Shown here piece by piece: positions 35,570 to 47,540 of a stretch of 50,000 bases of DNA. The position numbers were made by a program, and so were the translations under genes. Under the pieces are notes generated by a model. It searched no databases and was not told the origin of the DNA. It saw only the letters and a program-made list of their open reading frames with translations. Numbering within the stretch: position 1 is the stretch's first letter; each line of letters begins with the position of its first letter. The DNA comes from Chiloscyllium plagiosum (lineage: Eukaryota): contig NW_025214738.1 of the NCBI RefSeq assembly GCF_004010195.1, positions 1-50,000 on the forward strand. Reading direction: 5' to 3'.

Positions 35570-36204
35570 TTTGTTAAATTCAAGACATCTTTGAAAATAT
35601 TACTGAAGTGAATCTCTATGACTCTACAACATTTATATAAATAAAGGAAATACAGAAAATGCAGCATATATAGATTTTCAGAAGATGCTCAAAAAGGATA
35701 CTATTTATAAGAATGCAGGCAGTGGTCTAGGAGGAAATTTGAATACTTGATAAGAAACAAATTATTAAACTGAATAGGGTTGTTTCACATTGAAGACAAA
35801 TTGGAAGTGGCAAACTCAGCATTGGATACACAATTGTCCATGATATCATGGATGTTTTGGATTTGGACCTTTGGGACACAATATCAGAACTTAATGACAA
35901 CACAAAAATTCAAGTTTGTTACGTTGTGAAATGGCAGGCAGTTGACATATGAAATTTGAAGTTGCAGTTCATTTACTTGGAAAAGCACAGAATCGATACA
36001 TAAATTCAATATAAAGATCCCAAATGTATAGAGGAATATAAGAAACAATGGTAAGTAAGTATAATAATTCCTTGAAAGTGTGAATTGTAGGAAAAGTGAT
36101 TCAAAAAGAGCACAATCAAAATCAGAAATTGCTGGAAAAGCTAATGAGGTCTGGCAGCATCTATGGAGAGAAGTCACATCACCAAAAACTAGAATCCAAG
36201 TTCA

Positions 36205-36790
36205 TCAGGGTATATGGAAGACAAATATTCCTTGATTCAAAGGGAATGGAATATAAGATTAGAAAACTGTACAAGGCATTATTCAGACCATACCTGGAAT
36301 ATTGTGAGTAGTTTAGGTTCCCTTATCTAAGGAAAGAAATATTAGCATTGGAGGCAGTCCAGCTAAGGTTCATTAGGTTGATCCCCAGTGTATAGGGATT
36401 TTCTTCTGAGGAGAGGTTGAGTATTCATTGGAGTTTGGAAGAATGTGAAGACACATTGAAACACAAAATTCTTCAGGGTATTCACAAGGTAGATGCTTAA
36501 AGGTTTTTTTCTTTTTGTGGAGAGTCTAGGATGAGAGGCATGACCTTAGTGCAAGGGTTCCCCATTTAAAACAAAGATGACGAGGAGTTTTTCCCTCAGA
36601 ATAGGGAATCTGTAGAATTCTTTACTGCGGAGGGCTGTCAAGGCTGCTTCGTTTAAGTATATTCAAGTCTGAGATAGATAGATTTCTAATCATTAAGAGA
36701 ATCAAAGCATAAAGGCATGAGATTGGACTTAAAGATTATTCGATCAACCATGATCTAATTGAAAGGCAAGGCACACCCAATGGATTATAG
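36205..36790 (+). mobile_element. CR1-type LINE 3' fragment
   Basis: Peptide KGMEYK...LYKALFRPYLEYC and downstream ALEAVQLRFIRLIP, typical of the CR1 ORF2 C-terminus. Confidence 0.78.
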
Positions 36791-37935
36791 GAGGTGGCAT
36801 CAGGCTCTCACTAGCTTTCCAACCAGCAAGTACCACATTCATCAAATTTCACTCATTGAGTTCAATCAAACTACTTTAGGAGTATTTCCATCATTGAACC
36901 TTCTGTATTTCAGTGGTACACTGTGCAACTATGACTTAGACATTTAGTTTGCATACATTTTGGCTAAAATTATATGTATTTAATGATCTACAATGGGCAG
37001 AACAGGTCTGCAACAATACGTGGAAAAGTATCCAAACCTGAGCAGAACAGTGGAAGCTTACACATACCCATCCCTCTCCAATGTATCAAAATCAGTTATT
37101 CCTCCTCAGAGGTTAATTCCATCAATCTATTCCCCATTGTGTTTCAGATTCCTCCAGCATATTAATTATTCCCTTCTCTCCTTTGTGATATAAGAGAAGA
37201 CAGTTATGTGATGGACAATCTTTCCCCATCTTTTCAAGGTTAGGTTGGTTTCTAGAATTTTCTGCCTTCAAAACTTTGGTATGCTTGAATCAAAAATCAT
37301 CCAGATTCTGTTTGCTAAAATAATTTTCTTTCCCCACACTGAGAACAAGAGCTTCCATTTACAGCATTTTAATTGTGCATCTGCCAGGGCCCAAACGTTA
37401 AGCATGCATTCTGAAAAACAAATACCTTCTATTGTAACTTGCAGTCTGTTCAAGGTTTATGCAAGATTTGCAGTTGCAAAGAATATCTTGGTGCAAGGTG
37501 CACTAAACCCAAAATAGAATAGCCAGAATACAAAATGATGAATTGCAAAACATAATAATGAATAAATGTGTAGTATGTAACAGATGTTTCAACAGAATTT
37601 AGCTTTAAAGATTTTTGTTCTTTAAAAATAGTAAAGATGTGTTTTGCAAATGCACCGAAAGGGCCTGTACTGTGCTGTATTGTTTTATTTCAGATCACAA
37701 ACTGTTTTCAGTGTTTTGTGTTATGTTAAGCAAGGTTGGACAGGTTGTATGCGTTGTATTTCTGAATTAATAGTGAATGAATATAATGGTCTAATTGTTG
37801 TAAGTAGTTCAATTCTGAGTTTAGAGTAATTCCACTGTTTGTTGAGAACAACCCAGCCAACCATGATATTTATTCAGCTGTTAGCTCTTACACCAGCTAT
37901 GTAACCACTGAAATGTTAAGGGCTTTGTAGTAAAA

Positions 37936-38630
37936 TAGAGTCATAGAGATGTACAGCACAAAAACAGACCCTTTGGTCCAACCCGTCCATGCCGACCAGA
38001 CATTCCAACCTAATCTAGTCCCTTTCACCAGTACCTGGCCCATATCCTTCTAAACCCTTCCTATTCAATACCCATCCAGTTTTTGCCTTTTAAATGTTGC
38101 AGTTGTACCAGCCTCCACCATTTCCTTTGGCAGCTCATTCCATACATTCTCTGCATGAAAGATTTGCCCTTTCGATCCCTTTTAAATTTTTCCCCTCTCA
38201 CTCTAAACCTATGCCCTCTAGCTCAGGACTCCCTCACCCCAGCGAAAAAACCTTGTGTATTTACCCTATCCATGCCTCTCATGATTTTATAATTCTTTAT
38301 AAGGTCACCTCTCAGCCTCCAACACTCCAAACACCCCAGCATATTCAGCTTCTCCCTCTAACTCAAATCCTGCAACCCTGGCAACATCCTTGTAAGTCTT
38401 TTCTGAACCCTTTCAAGTTTCACAACATCCTTCCTGATAGGAGCGAGATCAGAATTGCACGCAATATTCCAAAAGTGGCCTAACCAATATCCTATGCAGC
38501 TGTAACATGACCTCCCAACTCCTACATTTAATGATCTGACAGTAAAGGAAAGCATACCAAATACCTTCTTCACTATCCTATCTACCCACAACTTTACTTT
38601 CAAGGAACTATGAACCTACACTCCAAGGTC
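37936..38630 (-). mobile_element. CR1/HER1-type LINE 3' fragment
   Basis: Peptide RKDVVKLERVQKRLTRMLPGL plus the characteristic 3' tail. Confidence 0.88.
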
Positions 38631-38736
38631 ATATTAATTGGAGCAATCCATTCAATTTGACGAAGGGCGTGGGCTACAGTCAATCCTAGGGATCATCTCA
38701 ATTAAAATCAATGGATTATTAGTCTAAGTACTTATA

Positions 38737-38933
38737 CAGGAGTCCCTGATTAATGAACATACAACTTTTCAATGCTTGTACTTATGAACGTGATCCCATA
38801 CAGCAGTATCATTTTAAAGATCTGGCATATGAACATTTCCTTGTATTTACATACTGCATTATAGTTCCCACTTGCATACAAATCAACTTGCAGACTCAAA
38901 AATGGAATCTGTTTATAACCTAGGGACTGCCTG
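38737..38933. mobile_element. Tigger/pogo-like MITE (197 bp)
   Basis: TA|CAGG-AGTCCCT ... AGGGACTGCCTG|TA, giving TIRs with a TA target duplication. Confidence 0.7.
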
Positions 38934-40914
38934 TAATAAATAATTCTTGTTCAGTACAGAAACCTGTTCCATGCTTCCTATGAACTACAGTCATAAAGTC
39001 AGGTAAATTGGGGTACGACTCTGGGATTAGTGGGGCTCAATTGATAATGTGCCACCCAGTGGGCCGTAATAGAAAGAGGTTCAAGCATTGCAGATGTTGC
39101 CCATCAGATGTAACTTACAGTTAAGGGTGTGTGAGACATCTTATTAAAGATTGAGCTCTGTTTAAGTAGAAGCAATAACATTGCGGTTACTTCAGTACAG
39201 CAGAATTAAAATTCTGGAAGTCTTCATCCAACAGTCTTCATTACACATTCACCACATGGACTGCAGCAGTTCAAGGAGAATGCTCAACACAAACTTCTCA
39301 AATATAACAACAAGGCAACTACATCTCAAATTGATGAATATCAATAGCAGCCTTGCTAGTGATGCCCATATCCAGAGAACCTGTTTTTTTTGTAAAACAT
39401 CTCAGTGACAAATACAATCCACTTTATCTTTGATTTCTTCACAAGATGGTAACATCTCCTTTATAATAATAAATTTCTGCTGCCAATTACCTATTTTTAG
39501 CTCTTGTAATCATACTGCCTGTTGTCATGTCTGATGGGATAATCGAGAAACATTAGTCAACTAATTTGGTTCACATTGAAGATCCTAATTAAGTACTTTC
39601 ATACCCAGCTGTTGAATCTGTCCAAAATTCTTTTTTGTCTAAGTCATAAAGATCTTCAAATTATGCCCTTACTCAAGGGATGAAATTCCCATAGTAAGCC
39701 TTTAATTAGAGGAGAACAGTTTGAACAGGTAGCTCTTCATCTAATAAGACACACCTTTATGAAGGTTCTGAATCCCATAAGGTCTACTCTCCTTTGCAAT
39801 AGAACCCACAACAACATAGCTTAGGGGCTTGATTTCAAAGTAATGTCTCATGAAAAATTACTGAAACTAATGAATGCAACAGACATGATTAATGCCTTAA
39901 ACTGTCATTTCAACTGGAATGCAAATTAAAAATCTAATCTAATCGGAAAAAAAAGGATAGAATCTCTACTGGTGTTCCCCTATTTCCTGCCAGTGCATCA
40001 GTAGACATTCAGGAGAAGTTATTCAGAATGTTTGAATATTTGTGAAAATGTTTGACTGAATTATACGTGGAGAGTCATGATCATTTCACTTGACTTAGAC
40101 AAATTTGTGTGCAGGAAGAGTTGCTGGCTGCACATTTTCAGCTCTGGCTTTCAGAGCTTGAAGTATAAATTATATTGAAATCACGGCAAAGCATGAAGAA
40201 CTAGGAGTCTCTATCCCTAAACTGTGTATAAGATTTTGGGATATAGGCAAGAGACACAACAAAGAACACAACCACATCACCCAAAGAGGAAAACAGAATT
40301 GCTGAATTTGCTAGTGAGGAAGAAATTTGTTAGTCTCATGATTCTTGTCAAGGTACATGTGCTTATCACTTGCTTCCTTTCAAAATATTGCCTTACAGTT
40401 TTTTTAAATTTGGACAAGCAATTACTGCCAATCCAGAGTCACTACTACATTGCTTTGCTTTGGCTTTGGATTCAAATACAGGCCAGAATGTGGTAAGATT
40501 TGAACATCAGAACATTAGATTAGATTTTGGATTACTAGCCCAGTGACATTACCACTGCCTCCCCATGTTTACATCACTTCACTATAAGTTTAGGGCAGCA
40601 ACACAGAGGTAATATATTTGCATCTTTGGTAACTTCGCTTTCCAAATGCACAGTGCAAGGAAGTATGTAACCCAACTAATCTTTAAGCACAGTCATGCAA
40701 ATAGATGGTGCATGTTGTTACTAAATTAGTAAATATGGACTAGTGAATTTTAATTTCCATCATCTGATTGTTGTACCTGTGACCTTTCAGAGATGAAATT
40801 GTTTCTTGCAAAGGAAGAAACATGGAGCTAAAATGACTGCAGTGGTCACCTGAACACAGGTTGTGCAAGCTTTTTGAGATCCAAGTGGGTTAACCAATTT
40901 TTTTTTACCTTTAC

Positions 40915-41238
40915 TATGTTGGTGTCATTGTCTAGGCAGCATTTGTTAGTGAGTAAATTAAGAGTGAACAAGATGGCTGTGGGTCTGTAGTCACATGCAG
41001 GGCAGATCAGGTAAGAATGATAGGTTCCTTCCTTAAAAAGGGCTATGGACCAGGTGGGTTTTTCCCCAAAATTCAGAAATGGATTCATGGTCATCATTAG
41101 ACTCTTAATCCAGATTTTTAAAATTGAATTTAAACTGCACTTTCTACTGCAACAGGATTTGAACCTAGGTCCCGAGAACATTACCTGGGTCTCTAGAGTA
41201 ACAGTCCAGCAATAATACCACTAGGCCATCATTTCCCC
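40915..41238 (-). mobile_element. tRNA-headed SINE, second family
   Basis: Reverse-complement homolog of 11958-12290 (GGCCTAGTGGTATTATTGCTGGACTGTTA...GGTTCAAATCC). Confidence 0.75.
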
Positions 41239-41254
41239 TTGCTATTGAGGTTAA

Positions 41255-41927
41255 TGTTTTATCTAAAAACAGCAGAACTAGGCAACCAAATCGGCATCAA
41301 GAAATTTGGCCTTCTTCCTTCACTTACATTTATATGATTATTTCACATATCAGAAGTCAAAGACATGAGCCAACTTGGAAAAACAATCAAGTTAGAGTAA
41401 GAAATAATACACTGAATTATACTTCAACAGTTGTTTTTTCAGCAGCAGAAGAGAAAGAAAGAAAAATGAATTTGTGGCAATAGGAGCTGGAACGCACTCT
41501 TTCCCAATCTATTTCTCTTGTTATCTCAGAACACAGAAAACTAAGGAAACAGCTTTTGCTGAGAACTTATAAGATATCTACGGATTCTGTTACTACTGAG
41601 GATACGTTGAACATCTGTGATCTCAAGGACTTTTTAATATTGTAACCTCTCCCTGTTTATATAAAACACTCTCCTTTTTAAACTTGTTATTTGTCTGTGA
41701 AAATGGGTTTGATGATGCGTTTTGTTACACTTTTTCAGGGTTAGTAGGTAATAAAATTCTTTTTTCTTTCACTTAAGAAAACCTGCAGTAAATTGACTCC
41801 TTGACTTTGTTTTATTTGAAGTATATGATAGCTGTGTGATTAAAAGAAGTATAAGTATTTGTTGCAACCAAATGAAAGAAAATTAAAAAGGAATCGACAC
41901 CCTCCCCCTCATCATTATATCATAACA
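41255..41927 (+). mobile_element. LTR-like element (3' end TCATAACA), 5' boundary uncertain (possibly 40716)
   Basis: Same TCATAACA terminus and AATAAA (about 41750) as 31011-31809. Candidate flanks CATGT/AATGT if it starts at 40716. Confidence 0.45.
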
Positions 41928-44011
41928 AATGTAACTCTAGCCATTGGCAAAGGTACTAATTTACCATGAAATCCATGAAATAGAATAACATAGTAGAATA
42001 TGCCAATATTTTTGAAAAAGGTGAGAGAAGACTTGTGTGAACCATAATTCCTGGCATTGTTCAGTTCTTTTCCTGTATTGGAGAAAAAATGGCTGGCACT
42101 TTCAACCTCTTCAATAGCACCTGGAATGAGCTGTCATGCAAGGTAAATCATAAGGTGGGATTGAATGGCAGAGGACCGCGCCTATGTCATCTACCAACCT
42201 CTGTTGGAATTTTGAAAAAAGCAGCTTTGGTGACAAAAAGCCCACACAGTCACAGGCCAATTTAAGCACTGATGTGAAAGATTAGTGGGTACCACCTGTT
42301 GGTATTTTACCATTGCTGATTGTGGGTTGTGGTGGGCACACTGGGGAAGACAGTTGGATAAACCCTAGCAGGGAGCTCGGGAAGGAGTTGGCAAGTTCAG
42401 GTCATTGTGGCCAACCCAAGCCTAACCTTTTTTTACTCTGTGCCTCTACAACCACCAGCCCTACACCCCGCCCCACCATCACACCACACCCCCTATTGTG
42501 GCACCCTTCATTTTGGCCTACCTGACTGTGCCTCCCCATCCCAGTTAAATTGATCCAGTTACCACAATATCTCGTCTCTCGCCATTGTATTCTTGGGTGA
42601 TAGACTGAAGTTCCATCAATAGCCACCATTCCCGACAGCTCAATTGAGTCTGGAGAGCTGTTAGACATCTGATTGTCAAGAAATTCTTGGTGGCACAACT
42701 TCGTCCCATGTGGGGTGGAAACCTTAACGTGAGGCAATGAACAAGTCAAAGGCTATAGGTCAATGCAGTTTCAGCAATGCAAAGGTTAGCTCAACTCTAA
42801 CCTCTGTGACACCACTGCTCCTGTCTGAAATTTAACCCAGTGTAACTCAATTTTTTAAACTCAGAAAATGGAACAATTTTACCTCTTTGCAGCTTTGCTT
42901 TCTACCTTAACCAACCTGTATTTATCATGTTAGAATTCTACGGAATGGAGTTTGATCCTGAATAATTGTGTCACAGTGCCTCCAAGTGGCATTTTTAGTA
43001 ACTGCAATGAATGAGGTTGGTAATTCCAAGTTCGGGTGAAAACAATTTGGTTTCTTTATTTGTTAACTGCTACAGCACTTAGATAAGAAAGACAAAACGC
43101 ACCCAATGTTCACATTCTGATCCTTTCTAGTAAGTAGAGAATGCAAGAAATTTTGGGGAAATGCCACACACCCCCAAACTCCAAAAAAATGTGGTATAGA
43201 TGCAAAAATTTGGTATTTGACAATTTGTTTAGCCATTGATGGAGGCACTCCAAAATCCAGCTTGCAACTCAAAACAAAACTGCTATTCTCAGTACATATG
43301 AAGTGACGCCTAGTTTTATAGTCACACTGTAGATGGCTCATGTTATTTGGACATTTTCACTTACATTTTGTGATCATGAATCAGAACACAAAATACTCAA
43401 TAATAATCTTGGCCTATCTTGGAAGCAATAAAATAAAGCAATAGAGATGAAAGCTATTTGATTGATTACACACATATGTAAATCATTCTAAATTCTATGG
43501 ATTGGTCACACAGAGAAGATTAATGCGCTTCTGCATTGAGATTATGAAATGCACTGCACAGCACTCTGCACTTCACATGAAGTGAAGCTTTAAAATGTAG
43601 TTAATTTAATCAGAGGAAACTCTAACCTAATAAGAATAGGAGGAGAAACTGTTTCTGCTCGAATCTAGAATGCTAAAGGCATCTCACAATAGAAAATGGA
43701 TCTCAGCAATAATATAATCATATAGATCTCTACCTATTATCGCAAGAGAAACGGCTTCTGCATGAATGTATTGAAACGCCCCTACAGCAAATCCATAAGA
43801 AAACATATCAAAAGAGCTTCAGTAAATGTTGTTGTAACAAGAGCCTCGACATCTATTAACACCATTTCTAACCCAGAGCCACTTTGCTCAAGGATAGGAT
43901 AATAAGAATGGCAGTAGTCATTTTGCTTCTTGAGACTGTTAAGCCGTTCCATAAGTTAATGACTGAATAGTATCTCAATTCCAATTAGTCACTTTACATT
44001 CTGTGATCTGG

Positions 44012-44352
44012 GTAAAAACAATGACTGCAGATGCTGGAAACCAGATTCTGGAGTAGAGTGGTGCTAGAAAAGCACAGCAATTCAGGCAGCATCCGAGGAG
44101 CAGGAATATCGATGTTTCGGGCAAAAGCCCTTCATCAGGAATGGAACTGGGGTGAGGTGGGGGAAGGGGAAATGAGGAAACTGGTGAAGTCCACATTGAT
44201 GCTCTGGAGTTGAAGTGTTCCGAGGCGGAAGATGAGGCATTCTTCCTCCAGGCATCGAATGGTGAAGGAGACGGTGAAGGAGGCCCAGGACCTCCATGTC
44301 CTTAGCTGAGTGGCAGGGGGAGTTGAAATGTTGGGCCACAGAGCGGTGTGGT
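44012..44352 (-). mobile_element. Penelope-like element 3' end (family A): GIY-YIG C-terminus plus hammerhead-bearing terminal repeat
   Basis: Minus strand encodes QPHRSVAQHFNSPCHSAKDMEVLGLLHR, then after a frameshift RCLEEECLIFRLGTLQLQSINVDFTSF. This matches the VAxHF..H and ExxxIxxLxT..(G)IN motifs of PLE endonucleases. The hammerhead follows at 44108-44142. TSD TGATCTGG at 44004-44011 and 44353-44360. Confidence 0.85.
44108..44142 (-). ncRNA. Minimal hammerhead ribozyme motif (family A), core intact
   Basis: Minus strand reads ATTC CTGATGA A GGGC TTTT GCCC GAAA CA TC GAT. Core and helix II are intact. The helix III palindrome ACGT seen in sister copies (9.4, 18.4, 30.2 kb) is ACAT here, consistent with CpG decay. 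Helix I has only 2 clear pairs. Confidence 0.75.
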
Positions 44353-46604
44353 TGATCTGGAAGACTTTGTGAACTCAAACATCTTGTAGAAAATGCACTA
44401 GAGGTATTATTATGGATAAAAATTAAGAGCACCCAAATTCTATATCAGGGTACATGACATTATATGCATTGAGGGATCACTTCTGCCTGATCACAGATGT
44501 ACTAATTCTTTTTCATTTATTTCATATGAATGGACAGAAGATAAAGAATTTTCCATGAATGCTGAGCTTGTTAAAGGCAGTGACTCTGATTGCTAAATCT
44601 AAAAACTCTTTAAACTTCACCAGCGAAAATGAGCCACTTATACATGCATGTACAGAAACCTATCAGGACTGTAGAAAGAGATGAAATGTGGTTGAGGAGG
44701 TTCAAAAATGGAGTTTCAGGGAAGGTGGACACATATTTGGGTGCCACAGCACATTTAAGAACTTTTCAGAAGAAGTGAATGTTGGAGGTGGTCCATTAGT
44801 TTGTAAGGATAGAGGGGCCAAGGGCTGGGTTTTTATAAAGAAGGGTGTTGATAACAAATTTGAAGAAGAGCAGATAGCCCCTGAGGGAAGGGAATAGTTG
44901 GTGATTTACAACTCACACAGGAGCTAAGAAGGGAGGTTAGGTATCCAGTAATTTGAATTAATAAGGCTGCAATAGCATTCAGAAATTGCCTTAACTGCTA
45001 AGTGCATTCAACATTTTCTGTTTTTATTTTGGATTTCCAACATCTACAGTAATTTGCTTTTGCTGCTGAATTTTATTTGATTAGCTGCAATGACTCTAGG
45101 CATTAAACCAAACAAATGAAAACAATATCTCTAAATGGATTCAATACTTAAATGTGCCTTCAATTTGGTGCCTTTCCAAACTGAAAAGGACAATAAGCAG
45201 ATAAATGTATACATAAAAAGAAAAAAGGAACCTTACACTAAAATTATGGCTGTTCTGCCTTGACATTTGATTCAAATGATTCTTCAAAGCCCATTCCTTT
45301 AAGTTATCCTCAAGAGTTAATGACATAATCAAAAGATTGTGGATGAGAATGATCACAAAGACTGGAGACTTGTTTAAATTACTGAAATTTTACCATGAAG
45401 ATCTCAACATTAAAAATATAGTGCTATTCCATAATTTAGAAACTCTGATTCCTTTTGTTGATGCTTTACTTCCAGATGTTTATTACCATAATGCAGAAGG
45501 CCTTTCTCTATAGTCAACTTTCTAATGAAGGCTTAAATGTAGACAAAAAGAGATTCTCAGAATAATGAGCAAACAGCTGGACAAGACTGCTGGTTGGCTT
45601 CCTCTGAAAAACTCCAGATTACCTTGTAGGGCAACTTATTCCTGAAAAACCAATGAAGATTATCTTTTCTCTAAGATGCTTTGAAAAATCCGTGTTCTGT
45701 TTAGGAACATGACCAAATATGGGAGCACACATTCAACTGACTATCTCTTGTCATGAACCTTGTCATTCTGGCTGTATGCTTTAACGAAAATAGAAAGGAG
45801 GTTGCCAAGTCTTGTCACTCATGACAGTGTTTGGTTATGTCATTTATTTGGTCAGGTAATATACCTTTGAGGCAGCAGAGAGGATACATCCCGAACTATG
45901 CACACTCACTGAAGGAGCTGTGCTGTCAAAGGACTTCACTCTTAAAGTCAATTTATATAATACCCTTGCATATTATCTTTGAGTATTTGCGAGATGTCAA
46001 AATGTGACTTATGCTGAGACTTTGATGCAGTGCAGTATAGCAAACAGGTCCCAAGTCTATCTCAGCCAGAGCGAGGACTGCATCCTGCACTGTTGGTATT
46101 ATTCAAAAGCAAAAAATAGCCATTTATGCAGCACTCCCCCCACCCCCAAACAAGTTCTACATGATGGATCTTAAGTTCTTCCTGAGATTTGTTTCTATGT
46201 TTCCTTTAAAAGCAGTCGAAGTAATATTCCAATCTTTGCAAATGGATAAAGTAACTATATGTGTACATCTGGTCTCCTAGAATCTGGAGTCAATGAACAA
46301 ACTCAACTAAACGCTGACTGTAGGCCAAGATCAAATTGTTAAAGTGATCTACGTATGCATTTTAAGCAACAAGCTTAGGGTCGTCTGCAGTTAATTGAAC
46401 ACTTTTGGATCAGAAAACAATTGTAGAACAGCATTACAGTATTATAAAGAATGCCAATACTTTTTTTTAATTGTACTTCTCTGGCCCAGCTAGATGCCCC
46501 ATACTGTCTATCTTTGGATCGACTTACCTCTGTGAGCAAGGGCTTTTCAAGTATGAATTTCATCAAAAGCCAGGTGAATGTAAAAGTTAACATAAAGCAA
46601 AGGA

Positions 46605-46778
46605 TTACAGATATTTGAAATCTGATCAAAATCAAAAAGTGCTGAAGATACTCTGCAGGTATGTCAGCATCTGTGAAGAGTGAAACAGAGTTCACGTTCA
46701 GAGCCCAAGAAGTGTTCTGAGTATGTGTTCTCTCCACAGATCCTGCCAGACCTGCTGAATTTCTTCAGCACTTTCTGA
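46605..46778. mobile_element. Older inverted PLE-type terminal-repeat insertion (family D)
   Basis: Imperfect inverted arms at about 46636-46687 and 46726-46774 (AAAGTGCTGAAGA...GCATCTGTG / CACAGATCCTGCCAGACCTGCTGAATTTCTTCAGCACTTT). Confidence 0.62.
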
Positions 46779-47409
46779 TGAAAGTTAACTTTCATGTTTG
46801 AAAATGAAAACGACAGCACAGTGTTCAGATTTCAAACAACTCTCCAAAGAAGTTTACCTTCAGAGCTTGTAAGAGGTATTCATTTTTATTTACAGAAGTT
46901 AATGTTAAATAATAGCTTGTTTTATTATTTTTTAACATCTTCAACATGAGAAAGCATTCATTAAATTAATATCTTTTTGTCAAAAACTTTAAAAATATTT
47001 GTTTATCAACATTTTTGTTTGACAGTAAATATCTTTATGAATGCCACAATAAAATGGTATTGCATAGAAATCCATAAATGTGTCACTGACTGGTTTTTAA
47101 TTGTATTGATGTTTGAATAATTGCAAAGTGGTATTTAAAACATTGTGTTTTTGGATAAATTTTGTTTTCAAGTGACTCCTCTTGTCATTAATATTATGGA
47201 CCCTGAAATATCCTTTACCATTGTAGGGCAATACCACTTTCTGTCCCAAGCACAACTGCCTAGCACTACATGAGCTTTTTGGGAGAACATAGGCACCATC
47301 CCCAAACCTGTAATTCCTACTGGAAACTTGTTTAAGACCAGGCCTCTGTGTATCCATGTCCTAGAGGAACTTCTGGCTTTCCATACAACTACCTGAGATA
47401 GAATGATAA

Positions 47410-47540
47410 AATAAGGAACTGTGGATGTTGGAGATCTAAAACACACAAAAACAGAAAGTGAGTGATTGAGCATGTCTGGTAGCATCTGTGGAGAGAAAAC
47501 AGAGTTAATGTTTCGAGTCCAGTGACCCTACTTCAGAAGA
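47410..47540 (-). mobile_element. PLE-type terminal repeat (family D)
   Basis: Contains the degenerate hammerhead at 47502-47538. It shares the downstream CACAGATGCT(G/A)CCAGAC...TGCT...CCA(G/A)CATC layout with family A. Further scraps lie near 3.1, 7.5-7.65, 29.45-29.5, 32.1 and 36.1 kb, and a family A scrap lies at 48.75-48.8 kb. Confidence 0.65.
47502..47538 (-). ncRNA. Degenerate hammerhead motif (family D)
   Basis: Minus strand reads TT CTGAAGT A GGGTC ACTG GACTC GAAA CA TT AA. It has a 5-bp helix II, GAAA and helix I TT/AA, but core A9 is T, so it is probably inactive. Confidence 0.6.
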
